A DNA stretch of 64,000 nt from Ignavibacteria bacterium RBG_16_34_14 (GCA_001802865.1 MHAF01000172.1:2157-66156), one strand, 5' to 3'. Shown: positions 1-9,705, counted from the stretch's first letter. Notes: generated by a model from the letters alone, not told the origin. Made by a program: numbers and translations.

Positions 1-718
1 AATCTAATTCCTTAATTATATCACCGGTTATGGAATCAATAATTGAAAGCTTTTCAATCTCATCGTCCCAGAATTCTGCTCTTATTGCTTCTTCATACTG
101 ATAAGCAGGAATTATCTCAACAACATCACCTCTCGCTCTGAACGTTCCCCGGCTAAACTCAGAATCATTTCTTATATAATGTATTTCTATTAATTCTCTT
201 AAAAGTTTTTTCTTTGATACCTTCTCTCCTTTCCTTAAAAAAATTATCTGCTGAGCAAATTCGGATGGAGCACCAATTCCATAAATACAGCTTACACTCG
301 CAACTACAATAACATCCCTTCGTCCTTCGATTAAAGCTGTTGAAGCTTTTAATCTCAGCCTGTCAATCTCTTCATTAACGGAAAAATCTTTTTCGATATA
401 AAGATCGCTCGATACAACATAAGCTTCCGGCTGATAATAATCATAATAGCTTATAAAGAACTCAACAGCATTATTAGGGAAGAAAGCCTTAAACTCAGAG
501 TACAATTGGGCAGCAAGAGTTTTATTATGCGAGATAATAAGAGTCGGTTTATTTATCTCTTTAATTACATTTGAAATGGTAAAAGTTTTACCACTGCCTG
601 TAACTCCAAGGAGAGTTTGATATTTATCACCGCGTTTTATTCCTTCAACAAGTTCTTTAATTGCTTTGGGTTGATCCCCTGCCGGCTTGTATGAGGAAAT
701 AAGTTCAAATTTATTCAT
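1..718 (-). CDS. uvrB: Excinuclease ABC subunit B (UvrB), N-terminal part; the gene continues past the left edge
   Basis: My own translation from the ATG at 718 gives [27 protein letters not shown]...[17 protein letters not shown] (Walker A)...[15 protein letters not shown], the canonical UvrB N-terminus. It is absent from the ORF track because it is edge-truncated. Confidence 0.9.
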   Translation of the reverse strand, partial: MNKFELISSYKPAGDQPKAIKELVEGIKRGDKYQTLLGVTGSGKTFTISNVIKEINKPTLIISHNKTLAAQLYSEFKAFFPNNAVEFFISYYDYYQPEAYVVSSDLYIEKDFSVNEEIDRLRLKASTALIEGRRDVIVVASVSCIYGIGAPSEFAQQIIFLRKGEKVSKKKLLRELIEIHYIRNDSEFSRGTFRARGDVVEIIPAYQYEEAIRAEFWDDEIEKLSIIDSITGDIIKELD

Positions 719-722
719 TAGT

Positions 723-1064
723 TTAATCAAGCACTACATCGTGAGCATGAAAACCACCCTGGCTCGAATGTCCTTTAAGTGTAACAATCCCAGCTGATTC
801 AAGTCCTGGCGAAATTTTATCTGCATTAACCTGAACAACAGTATTATTTTTATCTGCTGCAAAAAATACTGCACCTCCTTCCGGTGTTTTGGTAATTCCC
901 TGTTCCTGTACGATTTTTACGCGAATATCTTTTACAGCATTATTATTAGGATCGAAATCACTAAATGAGCCAAGCCCTTCTTTTGGAGAGAAATAAAGAA
1001 AATAAATCAATCCGATTACAATTATAATCAGAAGCGGTAGAATTAATTTTTGAATGGTTTTCAT
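723..1064 (-). CDS. Small membrane-anchored protein, possibly CcmE-like OB-fold (tentative)
   Basis: It has an N-terminal TM helix ([19 protein letters not shown]) followed by a ~80 aa beta-rich domain ending [16 protein letters not shown]. The architecture resembles short CcmE-family proteins, but no diagnostic motif was verified. Confidence 0.35.
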   Translation of the reverse strand: MKTIQKLILPLLIIIVIGLIYFLYFSPKEGLGSFSDFDPNNNAVKDIRVKIVQEQGITKTPEGGAVFFAADKNNTVVQVNADKISPGLESAGIVTLKGHSSQGGFHAHDVVLD

Positions 1065-1139
1065 TTTTATTCTTATAATTCCTTTAATAAATTTTTCAAA
1101 TGTAGCTATTTTTCTTCTAACTATTCAACATAAATTACT

Positions 1140-1509
1140 ATGAGTATTTCCAAAATCTTTAAGAGACTAAATTGTCAAACAATAAAAAATGGATTTTAAT
1201 TGCCAGCCTCTTTGGATTTACAGGCGTGGCACTTGGTGCATTCGGTGCTCACATTATTTCCGATAAAATACCTGAAAATCTATAAGAAACTTATAAAACC
1301 GGAGTTTTATATTATATAATTCATTCTGTTGTAAAGACTTTAATATTTCAGCTCTCTTCTTTTCTATTGGAATAGTGCTTTTCTCATTTTCACTTTATGT
1401 ACATGCACTAACCGGGAACTCTTTATTTGCTATGATTACCCCAATTAGAGGAATTTCTTTTCTTGCAGGTTGGGTTTTACTATTGTGGAAAACTGTTTCA
1501 AAAAAATAA
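1140..1509 (+). pseudogene. Decayed DUF423 (YgdD-like) membrane protein gene
   Basis: Pieces in different frames read KWILIASLFGFTGVALGAFGAHIISDKIPENL, then TAA at 1283-1285, then [15 protein letters not shown] frame change follows, then [53 protein letters not shown]. The GAFGAH and ITPIxG motifs are typical of DUF423. Confidence 0.7.
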
Positions 1510-1512
1510 CCA

Positions 1513-2064
1513 TTACTTAACAACTCTTAATTTAAAATAAACTTCTTCTGGCGAGAAAATCCCTGCAAAAAATCTTTCATAAATAACGGGTTCAATATTC
1601 ACTATAAAATCCATCCACTTTAATACAGCAAAGTGAGAGGTTATAAATCTCTTTTCCAAAACCTCAAATTGAGCTTTACCTCTATAGTTTGTTCTGTGGT
1701 TAAGCTTCCATTTTTCGTAAAACTTCAGCTTGCGGTTTCCTATATATTCGTAATTATCAAAAGACCTTATTGAGAATGGAATTTTATGATCAGGTTCCCC
1801 AAAGTATTTTGTATTAAGAAAAAATGGCACATAAACCTCAATTATAGCATTGGGTTTACAAATCCTGTACAACTCTGTAACAGCCTTATGAAAACTGTCT
1901 AAATGTTCAAGAACATGAGAAGCATAGACTTCATCAAAAGTACTTTCCGCAAATGGATAGGGGAATGAATTCAGGTCGTGAACCTGGTTACCTCCATAAT
2001 CCACAATATCGAGATTAATAAAACCTGGTTTAATATCATTTCCACAGCCAAGATTAAGTTTCAT
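1513..2064 (-). CDS. Class I SAM-dependent methyltransferase (Methyltransf_11-like)
   Basis: It has the MKLNLGCG... motif I and the VYASHVLEHL post-I region. Substrate is unknown. Confidence 0.7.
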   Translation of the reverse strand: MKLNLGCGNDIKPGFINLDIVDYGGNQVHDLNSFPYPFAESTFDEVYASHVLEHLDSFHKAVTELYRICKPNAIIEVYVPFFLNTKYFGEPDHKIPFSIRSFDNYEYIGNRKLKFYEKWKLNHRTNYRGKAQFEVLEKRFITSHFAVLKWMDFIVNIEPVIYERFFAGIFSPEEVYFKLRVVK

Positions 2065-2144
2065 TGAATAATAGAGATCTTCTATAGTTTAAAATATAAG
2101 ATGATATCAAATTTAGTAATTCTGAACTTACCTTTTACATTTAA

Positions 2145-2171
2145 AACAAAAAAGCCCCCTTAAAGGAGGCT
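2145..2171 (-). terminator. Rho-independent terminator downstream of the rlpA-like gene
   Basis: On the minus strand the hairpin AGCCTCC-TTTAA-GGGGGCT is followed by TTTTTTGTTTT. Confidence 0.6.
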
Positions 2172-2191
2172 ATAAGATTTAATTATATCAA

Positions 2192-2683
2192 TTAATTAAG
2201 AGTAACAACCGGCAGGTTTATACCTTTAATTGTAATCTCTTCTACTTTCAGCCTTGCAACACCTTTTGCTATCATTTCAAGTTCCATTGCAGCGGCTTTC
2301 GAGAGATCAAGCTGTCTGCCAAGTGTAAAAGGACCACGGTCATTTATCCTAACAATCACTGATTTATTATTCGTAGGATTTGTTATCCTCAATATTGTTC
2401 CAAATTTCAACTTTTTGTGGGCTGCTGTAAAAGCCATTTGGTCATATACTTCTCCATTAGCAGTTAACCTGCCGTGAAATCTAGGCCCATACCAGGAGGC
2501 TTTCATAGTACCTTTGTCTATAAACTCAACTAAAGATGTTTTGGTTAAAGATTCATCGTCATTAACATTTACTATTTCAGAATTATTCACTGGTTCTGTC
2601 ATTACCTCTTCATTTGCTATATAAGTGAAACCTACCAGTGATATCATGACCAATATTATAAATGCTTTGGTTAATGATTTCAA
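2192..2683 (-). CDS. rlpA: Septal ring lytic transglycosylase RlpA family (DPBB domain)
   Basis: The sequence ASWYGPRFHGRLTANGEVYDQMAFTAAHKKLKFGTILRITN...VRINDRGPF is the RlpA double-psi beta-barrel signature. An N-terminal signal/TM segment is present. Confidence 0.85.
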   Translation of the reverse strand: MKSLTKAFIILVMISLVGFTYIANEEVMTEPVNNSEIVNVNDDESLTKTSLVEFIDKGTMKASWYGPRFHGRLTANGEVYDQMAFTAAHKKLKFGTILRITNPTNNKSVIVRINDRGPFTLGRQLDLSKAAAMELEMIAKGVARLKVEEITIKGINLPVVTLN

Positions 2684-3130
2684 TATTACCTCGTTTTTTG
2701 TTATTGATGCATTACAAAGATAAAATCATTATCGGGTTGTTTCAATAAAGAATACCTGCAAAGAAGAACATCAGAAGTTTAACAAACATCCGACTTTATG
2801 AGTATTAAAGTCGGAAATTAAGTCTCTTAAATGTGCAATATTTCAGTTATTAAAAGTTCAAAGACAGAATGTAAGACACAACGAAAAATTTTTTGTCAAC
2901 CCTCACACAATACGTTTGGAAAAACTTAATTAAGATTCAAAAAATCCTTCTCAAATATAAGAAGCCATTCTTCTTAATAATGATAAGCAATTCTCATGAA
3001 TTATCCTTAAACCAGATAAAAACCGCAACTCTTTGATGGCATATATGTTGCCTTACTCCCAAAAGTTGAAGAAATTTTATAGATGATGAATTTCTCTACT
3101 TAAAAAAATTTTAATAAACAGGGGTCTATT

Positions 3131-3400
3131 ATGAAAGACAAACAAGTGAATTGCCAGCATACCTGCAGGAATACTTGTGCAATGTTAAATGAAGCTCTCA
3201 GGAAAGAAACATCCCTCGTGATGTTTTATAAAAGCACACTTGAAGAATGTAATATACCTGAAGTAAAGAATTTTATTAACGATTTAGTAGAAGAAAAAAG
3301 CAAAATTATATTACAGATTATTCAGAAGCTGAATGAAATTCATCTTCGATCACAAATAATGGATGGAGTTGTATCAAGTTTTAATAATATAGACGGGTAA
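3131..3400 (+). CDS. Hypothetical small Cys-rich/helical protein
   Basis: This is an 89 aa ORF with an N-terminal CQHTCRNTC cluster. I recognise no family. Confidence 0.4.
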   Translation: MKDKQVNCQHTCRNTCAMLNEALRKETSLVMFYKSTLEECNIPEVKNFINDLVEEKSKIILQIIQKLNEIHLRSQIMDGVVSSFNNIDG

Positions 3401-3453
3401 GAATCTATTTCATTCAAAAACTACTTTAAAACTAAAGGTATATACCAGCCTTA

Positions 3454-3482
3454 TTGACATACCATTTTAGATTAACTATATT
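3454..3482 (+). promoter_or_regulatory. Near-consensus sigma70-type promoter for the tRNA gene
   Basis: TTGACA (3454-3459), a 17 nt spacer and TATATT (3477-3482) lie about 15 nt upstream of the tRNA 5' end. Confidence 0.6.
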
Positions 3483-3497
3483 TGAGCCCTTAAATAT

Positions 3498-3570
<73 letters not shown>

Positions 3571-3575
3571 CTAAG

Positions 3576-3612
3576 AAAGCCTGAATATAATAAGTATTTG
3601 GGCTTTTTGCTT
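3576..3612 (+). terminator. Putative terminator after the tRNA
   Basis: AAAGCC (3576-3581) pairs with GGCTTT (3601-3606) and is followed by TTGCTTTT. The long AT-rich loop has partial internal pairing. Confidence 0.45.
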
Positions 3613-3639
3613 TTAAATTGGAACTTGAAAAACTTGATT

Positions 3640-3692
3640 TGATTACTGATTGATTACTTTAAATCAGAAATGAGTAATCAAAATAGTAATCA
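3640..3692. repeat. Cluster of four GTAATCA/TGATTAC heptamers (possible recombinase arm sites), left end of the element
   Basis: TGATTAC is at 3640-3646 and 3651-3657. GTAATCA is at 3674-3680 and 3686-3692, a 12 nt register. Confidence 0.5.
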
Positions 3693-3998
3693 ATTTTTTA
3701 TCTATCCTTTTTCAGTAATTAAAAGAACTTTAAAACGAAATAGCCCGAATGGACAATTCAAGGGAGTCGATGCCCTATTAAAACCACCCAAGCTAATTTC
3801 AGTTTTAAACTTTATGTTCATTTCAACTTTCAGAATTTTATTGCAACTTAACTCATCAATCATTCAATATCAAATCGAAAGATTTTTCTTGCACTTGTAA
3901 GTAATTAATTTTAAATAGGTTACAGCGATAAAAAAATATTTTTTTTGTCTAATTGAGTATACACTTTAGTAATATTAAAAATCTAATAGGAGGGTGCA

Positions 3999-4262
3999 AT
4001 GAATCTTAGTAAGAGAGCTCTCGGTCTTTCATTTGGGTTAGTGTGGGGTTTTACAGTTTTATTAGCAACTTGGTGGCTAATAATAATTGATGCATCTGGG
4101 ACTACAATTTCTACCCTCAGTAAATTCTATTTCGGATATACGTTCAGTTGGTTAGGTGGGTTAATTGGTTTCATTTGGGGATTTGTTGATGGATTTATTG
4201 GTGGTGTTATAATAGCTTGGCTTTATAATTTATTTAATAAAGGTAAAATAGCTACTGCATAA
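3999..4262 (+). CDS. Hypothetical small membrane protein (2-3 TM, Gly/Trp-rich)
   Basis: The 87 aa ORF is preceded by AGGAGG 7 nt upstream of the ATG. Hydrophobic segments include LGLSFGLVWGFTVLLATWWLIII and WLGGLIGFIWGFVDGFIGGVIIAWL. Confidence 0.55.
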   Translation: MNLSKRALGLSFGLVWGFTVLLATWWLIIIDASGTTISTLSKFYFGYTFSWLGGLIGFIWGFVDGFIGGVIIAWLYNLFNKGKIATA

Positions 4263-4438
4263 AAATTCTATTTGATTATTGGAAAACTTGACGAAAATTT
4301 CTAACCATTTAGAGGGGTATGCACCTTAGAAAGAGAGGGTGGGGTTGTTGGTGAAAAGCTTCATACATTATTAAACAAAAATCTTAAACGAGTTTTGTTT
4401 TTATTCTATATTTCAATCAAAAAGATTATTAATACGAT

Positions 4439-4774
4439 TTAATCGAAAGATAGAATTTTTAATTTCATATAAAGGATAGTTATTAGTAAAACAAATGTGA
4501 AAAAAATAAATATACTCCAATAAATTGCATTCACTTTCTTTTCTTCTTTTGAAGTGTCTTCAAAATATTTTCCATATCCTGAGTCTTCTTTAATAAACTC
4601 TTTTAATCTTACATAAAATATTATTGAATATACTGGAACAATTGCAACTAAGGTAGCCTAAAATGATATTGAAATGAAAACGTTCTTAAAATCTTTATCT
4701 ATCTCAATTAATACTATAACCAAGAAGGGAATTATTTGTAGAAGAATAAACAGGATTTTTTTTGTAATGGACAT
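4439..4774 (-). pseudogene. Small membrane protein gene interrupted by an in-frame TAG
   Basis: My translation from the ATG at 4774 gives MSITKKILFILLQIIPFLVIVLIEIDKDFKNVFISISF, then TAG (4658-4660), then ATLVAIVPVYSIILYVRLKEF...LITILYMKLKILSFD*. The frame stays coherent across the stop. Confidence 0.5.
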
Positions 4775-5002
4775 ATTAGATGTCCTATTTAGTGTAACTG
4801 AAAACAGAAGTTTATATATTCTTACTTTTCTCTAACATAACAAAATTAAATAACTTATAAAATAAATTTCCTTTTAAACTTCTAAGAGCTTTCTTTCTGA
4901 TTAGATGATAATTTCTTTATATCGCTTTCTTCTTTAGCTTTCAAGAAATTTTCCTGAAGGTTACTTGTTACTTTTAATTGGAATCCAAAGGATTCATACC
5001 TT

Positions 5003-5149
5003 TTAACTTTTGCCGGGTCCAGAGAATGAGCTTAAAAATTTAATAGCTTCTGTTTTAAGTTTGGATTTGGTAGAGATACAAGTCCTCTTAACATTTTCCT
5101 TTTCATAGAACACATAATAAGTTCCATTAGAACGCTTAGAAAGAAACAT
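5003..5149 (-). pseudogene. Tyrosine integrase N-terminal (arm-binding) fragment, truncated
   Basis: MFLSKRSNGTYYVFYEKENVKRTCISTKSKLKTEAIKFLSSF... matches the recurring KRSNGxYY...STKxxxKxEAxKFL N-terminus of FCB-group site-specific integrases. It stops after 48 codons and no catalytic domain follows. Confidence 0.5.
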
Positions 5150-5188
5150 TGAAGTTTCTCCTTTCCAAGCTCGAAAAATTGCTTTTTA

Positions 5189-5207
5189 GTAATCAGGATA
5201 GTAATCA
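5189..5207. repeat. Two GTAATCA heptamers, right end of the element
   Basis: GTAATCA is at 5189-5195 and 5201-5207, the same 12 nt spacing as at 3674/3686. The flanks are also similar (AGTAATCAnnATAGTAATCAA). Confidence 0.5.
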
Positions 5208-5226
5208 AATTTCCCTAAGTCCTCAT

Positions 5227-5308
5227 AGCAATTGGTAACTCGTCGGGCTCATAACCCGAAGGTTGCAGGTTCAATCCGCCAAGGCGGACTGCCCCTGCTA
5301 CTAAGAAA
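5227..5308 (+). repeat. Relic partial copy of tRNA-Met (D loop to 3' end) carrying a 14-15 nt hairpin insertion in the T loop
   Basis: The copy reads agcaattggtaActcgtcgggctcataacccgaaggttgCaggttcaa[TCCGCCAAGGCGGA]ctgcccCTgctactaagaaa. It lacks the 5' acceptor/D stem, so it is not a functional tRNA. Confidence 0.8.
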
Positions 5309-5310
5309 AA

Positions 5311-5340
5311 ATCCTCATTTAAATGAGGATTTTTTATTTT
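5311..5340 (+). terminator. Rho-independent terminator (probably the original tRNA terminator)
   Basis: The perfect palindrome ATCCTCATTT/AAATGAGGAT (5311-5330) is followed by TTTTTATTTT. Confidence 0.7.
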
Positions 5341-5393
5341 AAATGATATGAAATACTTATGTTTATGTCATTGAAAGTAAAGAAGGTTTAATT

Positions 5394-7469
5394 ATGAAAA
5401 AACTATACTTCATTCCATTGTTCCTATTACAAATCTTTAATTATCTGGCATTCTCTCAAAACTCAGAATATAAAGTAAATTCTCCTGATGAATCTATAGA
5501 AGTGAATTTTCTTTTAACAAAAGGTGGACAGCCGGATTATTTAGTAAACTTTAATGGTAAAAGAATTATTGATACTTCTTCCTTTAGCTTCGATTTTAAA
5601 AATGTAAAGTCTTTTGGGAAAAATTTAATGGTTGCCAATTCATCCAATTCTTCATTTGATGAAACGTGGGAAACTGTTTGGGGAGAACAACGATTCATCC
5701 GCAATAATTATAATGAGCTGAAAGTTAATCTTGAAGAAAAAGAAGAACTTAAAAGAAAATGTTCAATTGTATTCAGAGTTTTTAATGATGGTGTTGGTTT
5801 CAGATATGAATTCCCCCAACAAGAAAATCTCAAAGACGTTATAATCATTGATGAAAACACCCAATTCAATTTAACCGGTGATCATACTTGCTGGTGGACT
5901 CCCGGAGATTGGGACATTACCGAACATCTGTATAATACAACTCGTATTTCTGAAATTGATGCTTTATCTAAACGCGGGCACCCAAATCTTATATCAACTT
6001 ATATTCCTGAGAATGCAGTTAACACTCCTGTTACAATGAAAACGGACGATGGAATTTATATAAGTTTTCTTGAGGCTAATTTAACGGATTATTCCAGCAT
6101 CACATTAAAAGTAGATAAAGAAAATCTTCTCTTTCAAACTGAGCTTGTTGGAAATGATGCGGAAATAAAAGTAAAAACAAAAACTCCTTTTGCTACTCCC
6201 TGGAGGTTAATTTTAATTGGTGATGAAGCAAAGGATTTAGTTGAATCGAGAACAATTTTGAATTTAAATGAACCTTATGTTCTTGATGATGTATCTTGGA
6301 TAAATCCAACAAAATATATGGGCATCTGGTGGGAAATGCATATTGGTAAAAGTACGTGGGATATGGCAAGCGGAAAACATGGCGCAACAACTGAAAATGC
6401 TAAACGTTATATTGACTTTGCATCTGCAAATAGAATAAAAGGTTTATTGGTCGAAGGATGGAATACAGGCTGGGAAAGATGGATAGGTTTTGAAGACCGT
6501 GAAGGTGTTTTCGATTTCGTTACTCCTTATGCAGATTATGATATTAAAGAGGTCGTTCGCTATGCAAAAGAAAAGGGTATTAATATAATTATGCACCACG
6601 AGACATCTTCTGCGGTAAAAACTTATGAACAACAAATGGATACAGCATTTGCACTTTGTAAAAGTCTTGGAATCCATGCGATAAAAACAGGATATGTTGG
6701 TCCCATAATTCCCAAAGGTGAATACCATCAGGGGCAGTATATGGTCAATCATAACAGGAAAGTGATTGAGAAAGCTGCTCAAAATCAAATTATGGTTGAT
6801 GTTCACGAACCGGTAACTCCTACAGGATTAAGAAGAACTTATCCTAATCTTATGAGTGCCGAAGGATTAAGAGGACAAGAGTTTAACGCCTGGAGTATCG
6901 ATATGAATCCGCCAAAACATCTTACGATTGTTCCTTTTACAAGAATGCTTGCAGGACCAATAGATTATACTCCTGGAATTTTTGATATAAAGTTTGATAA
7001 ATACAAAGATAAAAACCAAGTTAATACCACATTGGCACATCAACTTGCATTATATGTTGTTATTTATAGCCCCTTACAAATGGCTGCAGATCTCCCTGAA
7101 AATTATGAGGGGCATCCGGCGTTTCAGTTTATAAGAGATGTGGGCGTTGATTGGGATACTTCTATAGTGATTAACGGTGAGATTGAAGAATACATCACCA
7201 TAACTCGTAAAGAAAGAAATACAGACAAATGGTTTTTAGGAAGTGTCACAGATGAGAATGAAAGATCATTTAATATTTCATTAGATTTTTTAGATGAAGG
7301 GAAAAAATATGTTGCTGCCATCTATTCTGATAAAGAGGATTCCCATTGGGATAAAAATCCTACGGCTTATAAAATAGAAATACTGACCGTTGATAAAACA
7401 ACATATTTAAATTTACAATTAGCACCTGGTGGCGGAACTGCAATAAGCTTTATACCTGTTTCCGAATAA
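5394..7469 (+). CDS. Glycoside hydrolase family 97 (alpha-glucosidase/alpha-galactosidase type), secreted
   Basis: It has a signal peptide. LLVEGWNTGWERW, MHHETSSAVKTYEQQMD, HEPVTPTGLRRTYPNLMSAEG and PFTRMLAGPIDYTPGIF closely match the GH97 catalytic core as I remember it from Bacteroides SusB-type enzymes. Confidence 0.85.
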   Translation: MKKLYFIPLFLLQIFNYLAFSQNSEYKVNSPDESIEVNFLLTKGGQPDYLVNFNGKRIIDTSSFSFDFKNVKSFGKNLMVANSSNSSFDETWETVWGEQRFIRNNYNELKVNLEEKEELKRKCSIVFRVFNDGVGFRYEFPQQENLKDVIIIDENTQFNLTGDHTCWWTPGDWDITEHLYNTTRISEIDALSKRGHPNLISTYIPENAVNTPVTMKTDDGIYISFLEANLTDYSSITLKVDKENLLFQTELVGNDAEIKVKTKTPFATPWRLILIGDEAKDLVESRTILNLNEPYVLDDVSWINPTKYMGIWWEMHIGKSTWDMASGKHGATTENAKRYIDFASANRIKGLLVEGWNTGWERWIGFEDREGVFDFVTPYADYDIKEVVRYAKEKGINIIMHHETSSAVKTYEQQMDTAFALCKSLGIHAIKTGYVGPIIPKGEYHQGQYMVNHNRKVIEKAAQNQIMVDVHEPVTPTGLRRTYPNLMSAEGLRGQEFNAWSIDMNPPKHLTIVPFTRMLAGPIDYTPGIFDIKFDKYKDKNQVNTTLAHQLALYVVIYSPLQMAADLPENYEGHPAFQFIRDVGVDWDTSIVINGEIEEYITITRKERNTDKWFLGSVTDENERSFNISLDFLDEGKKYVAAIYSDKEDSHWDKNPTAYKIEILTVDKTTYLNLQLAPGGGTAISFIPVSE

Positions 7470-7485
7470 GATTTACTCTGGTTTA

Positions 7486-7683
7486 TTAACTATAAAAATT
7501 TACCGGGATTATTTTTGAGAGTGGATATAAACCAAAGAAATCCAAAGCCCAGATTATAGTAACAATTCCCAGTACTGTATTGATTACTATCCTAAGAATT
7601 GTCTGAGGTTTCATCATCCAGGTAATTGCATAAAGAACTCCGATTACCGTGACCGCCAGAACTTTCTCATCTATTATGCCCAC
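7486..7683 (-). CDS. Hypothetical small 2-TM membrane protein
   Basis: This is a 65 aa hydrophobic ORF with no recognisable family. Confidence 0.35.
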   Translation of the reverse strand: MGIIDEKVLAVTVIGVLYAITWMMKPQTILRIVINTVLGIVTIIWALDFFGLYPLSKIIPVNFYS

Positions 7684-7752
7684 AACACCTCCGTAATTAT
7701 TTTTTTTAGTGCCTGAAAACAGCAGAGAGAAAGAATAAAAGAAATAGTTTTT

Positions 7753-8667
7753 TTAATTAAAAAGATCTATATCATCAAAAATAAATTTAACCGGATCTTG
7801 TTTAACTCCATTATGCTCAACTTCATAGTGAAGATGGGGACCCGCTGATAATCCAGAATTACCAGTTATTGCTATCGGATTACCGCGTTCCACCACCTCT
7901 CCTATTTTAATAAGAGACTTCGAAAGGTGACCATACAAAGTTCTGTACCCAAAACCATGATCTATCTCTATTGTGATACCATAGGATCCTTTATATCCAA
8001 TAAAAACAACTTTACCTTTACCCGGGGCAATAACCTTCGTTCCAACATCTGTTATGATATCAATTCCTTCATGCATTCTTATTTTATTTAATATAGGATG
8101 CATTCTCATTCCAAAGCCATGATAAGCAAGCGAACCTGGGCAAGGTTTAAGAGCCGGCATAGAAGAATAAAACTCTTTGTTTTGATTAAGTTTATTTTCA
8201 ATTTCATTATAGTTCGATTTTTCGAAGTAGATTTTCCTGGTCAATTCTTCTGTAAGTTCCGTTGCCTTTTTAATTTCGATAGAGTTGGGTGAGTTTAAAA
8301 ATTCAAGTGAATTATCAAAAGAGCCACCACCAAAACCGAGTAATCTTTCTTCTTCAGATATTGGAGGAAGATTCGTTGCTATTCTTAATTCTTCATTTTG
8401 AGCAATAAGACTATCCAGTTCTTCTTCCAAATTACCATAAAGTGATACAATTTCAGCAAGCTTTCCTTTAAGTATTTCGTTCTCACTTCTTAAAAGGTTA
8501 ACATCACGATGAGAATTTATTAATGAAAAGAAGTATGAATAACCACCGCACAAAATAAAACTAATTATTACAATTGCTAAACTAATAGTTACAGCAAGCT
8601 TAAATTTAAAATTTCTTATTTCAACAAATTGCAGCTTTTCTTTGGAAAAGTAATATACTTTCTTCAT
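7753..8667 (-). CDS. M23 family metallopeptidase with N-terminal TM and coiled coil
   Basis: HEGIDI...GNSGLSAGPHLHYEV is the LytM/M23 zinc site. A coiled-coil region (LKGKLAEIVSLYGNLEEELDSLIAQNEELR) is also present. Confidence 0.85.
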   Translation of the reverse strand: MKKVYYFSKEKLQFVEIRNFKFKLAVTISLAIVIISFILCGGYSYFFSLINSHRDVNLLRSENEILKGKLAEIVSLYGNLEEELDSLIAQNEELRIATNLPPISEEERLLGFGGGSFDNSLEFLNSPNSIEIKKATELTEELTRKIYFEKSNYNEIENKLNQNKEFYSSMPALKPCPGSLAYHGFGMRMHPILNKIRMHEGIDIITDVGTKVIAPGKGKVVFIGYKGSYGITIEIDHGFGYRTLYGHLSKSLIKIGEVVERGNPIAITGNSGLSAGPHLHYEVEHNGVKQDPVKFIFDDIDLFN

Positions 8668-8983
8668 AGTGACTCCGATTGTATCATACTAAAACTTTAT
8701 TTATTGAACAGCTTGTTTTTTTCACATTCTAAAATGAAAAGAAGAAAATTGTACAGGAAAATTTTACCCATACGTTACCCTTTTTGCTATTCAATATTCT
8801 TGAGTATTTGTATCTCTGATCAGATTAAACCTAAAATTAATGCATAAGCAATATTTTGAGCAGAGAAGTACAGCGTTTATTAACATAGAAATGCAAACTT
8901 GATACCAGTAGATATTTAAGAGTGTATCAAATTTAAAAATGGAGAATTATTATGAGAGTTTGAATAAATCTGAGATTTATTTT

Positions 8984-9361
8984 TTATCTATACAACTCCT
9001 TTCTCACTGAAAAGGCATTCATTAAACCTAGTTTACCTGCTTTAAGAAAATCTTTTTGCCCTTCTTCAACTTTACCTTCATTCATTCTCGTAATACCCCT
9101 GTTGATTAGAGCCTCAGCAAAGTATGGTTTCAACTCAATAGCTTTATCATAATCTCTTTGAGCTCCATTAGTATCATTCAAAATTAATTTTGTATTTGCC
9201 CGTTTAAAGTAAGCTTCCGCAAACTTAGGATTATATTTTATTGCCATGGTAAAATCAGCAATTGCTCCTTTATAATTGTTAAGCAATTTTTTACAGTTGC
9301 CCTTACTGTAATATTCAAGAGCTTTCTGGTATAATTTGTTGGCTTTAGATTTTATTTTCAT
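8984..9361 (-). CDS. Tetratricopeptide repeat protein
   Basis: Three TPR-like units are visible (AIADFTMAIKYNPKFAEAYFKRA, AQRDYDKAIELKPYFAEALINRG). Confidence 0.75.
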   Translation of the reverse strand: MKIKSKANKLYQKALEYYSKGNCKKLLNNYKGAIADFTMAIKYNPKFAEAYFKRANTKLILNDTNGAQRDYDKAIELKPYFAEALINRGITRMNEGKVEEGQKDFLKAGKLGLMNAFSVRKELYR

Positions 9362-9459
9362 TCAGAGTTTCTCCTTTTAATCAGGTAAGATAATCCCCTT
9401 AGAATGTTTCGGCATTAATGAAGATGTAAGAGATTTGACAGAGTATAAAATAATCAAAT

Positions 9460-9705
9460 TTAATCCTCAGTATTCTCATAACATCCTGAAGCTCCTTCAG
9501 GTGCAGGTATTTGCAAAGCATCTTTATCAATCAAAAGATTCCAGATTTTATTAGATATGGAACGTGAATCTAATAATCCTTTGTTAAGAGCATTTTTATA
9601 TTCAAGTTCAATAACTTTTTTTATTAACTGACGAACTTCTTCCATTTTTTGTCCGACGTACATTTGAGTCTCTCTTTTGTTTAACTCTTTTAATTCTTTT
9701 TTCAT
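9460..9705 (-). CDS. Hypothetical protein
   Basis: This is an 81 aa charged helical ORF with no family recognised. Confidence 0.35.
   Translation of the reverse strand: MKKELKELNKRETQMYVGQKMEEVRQLIKKVIELEYKNALNKGLLDSRSISNKIWNLLIDKDALQIPAPEGASGCYENTED

Noticed and set aside
3670-3900. A 76-aa plus-strand ORF just downstream of the tRNA
   Set aside because: It has no RBS and an odd composition. It begins inside the GTAATCA repeat cluster, so it is more likely non-coding end sequence of the decayed integrative element.
8899-8931. Inverted repeat TTGATAC-N19-GTATCAA upstream of the TPR gene as an operator
   Set aside because: A 7-bp AT-rich inverted repeat with a long spacer is expected by chance in this AT-rich intergenic DNA. 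There is no supporting context.
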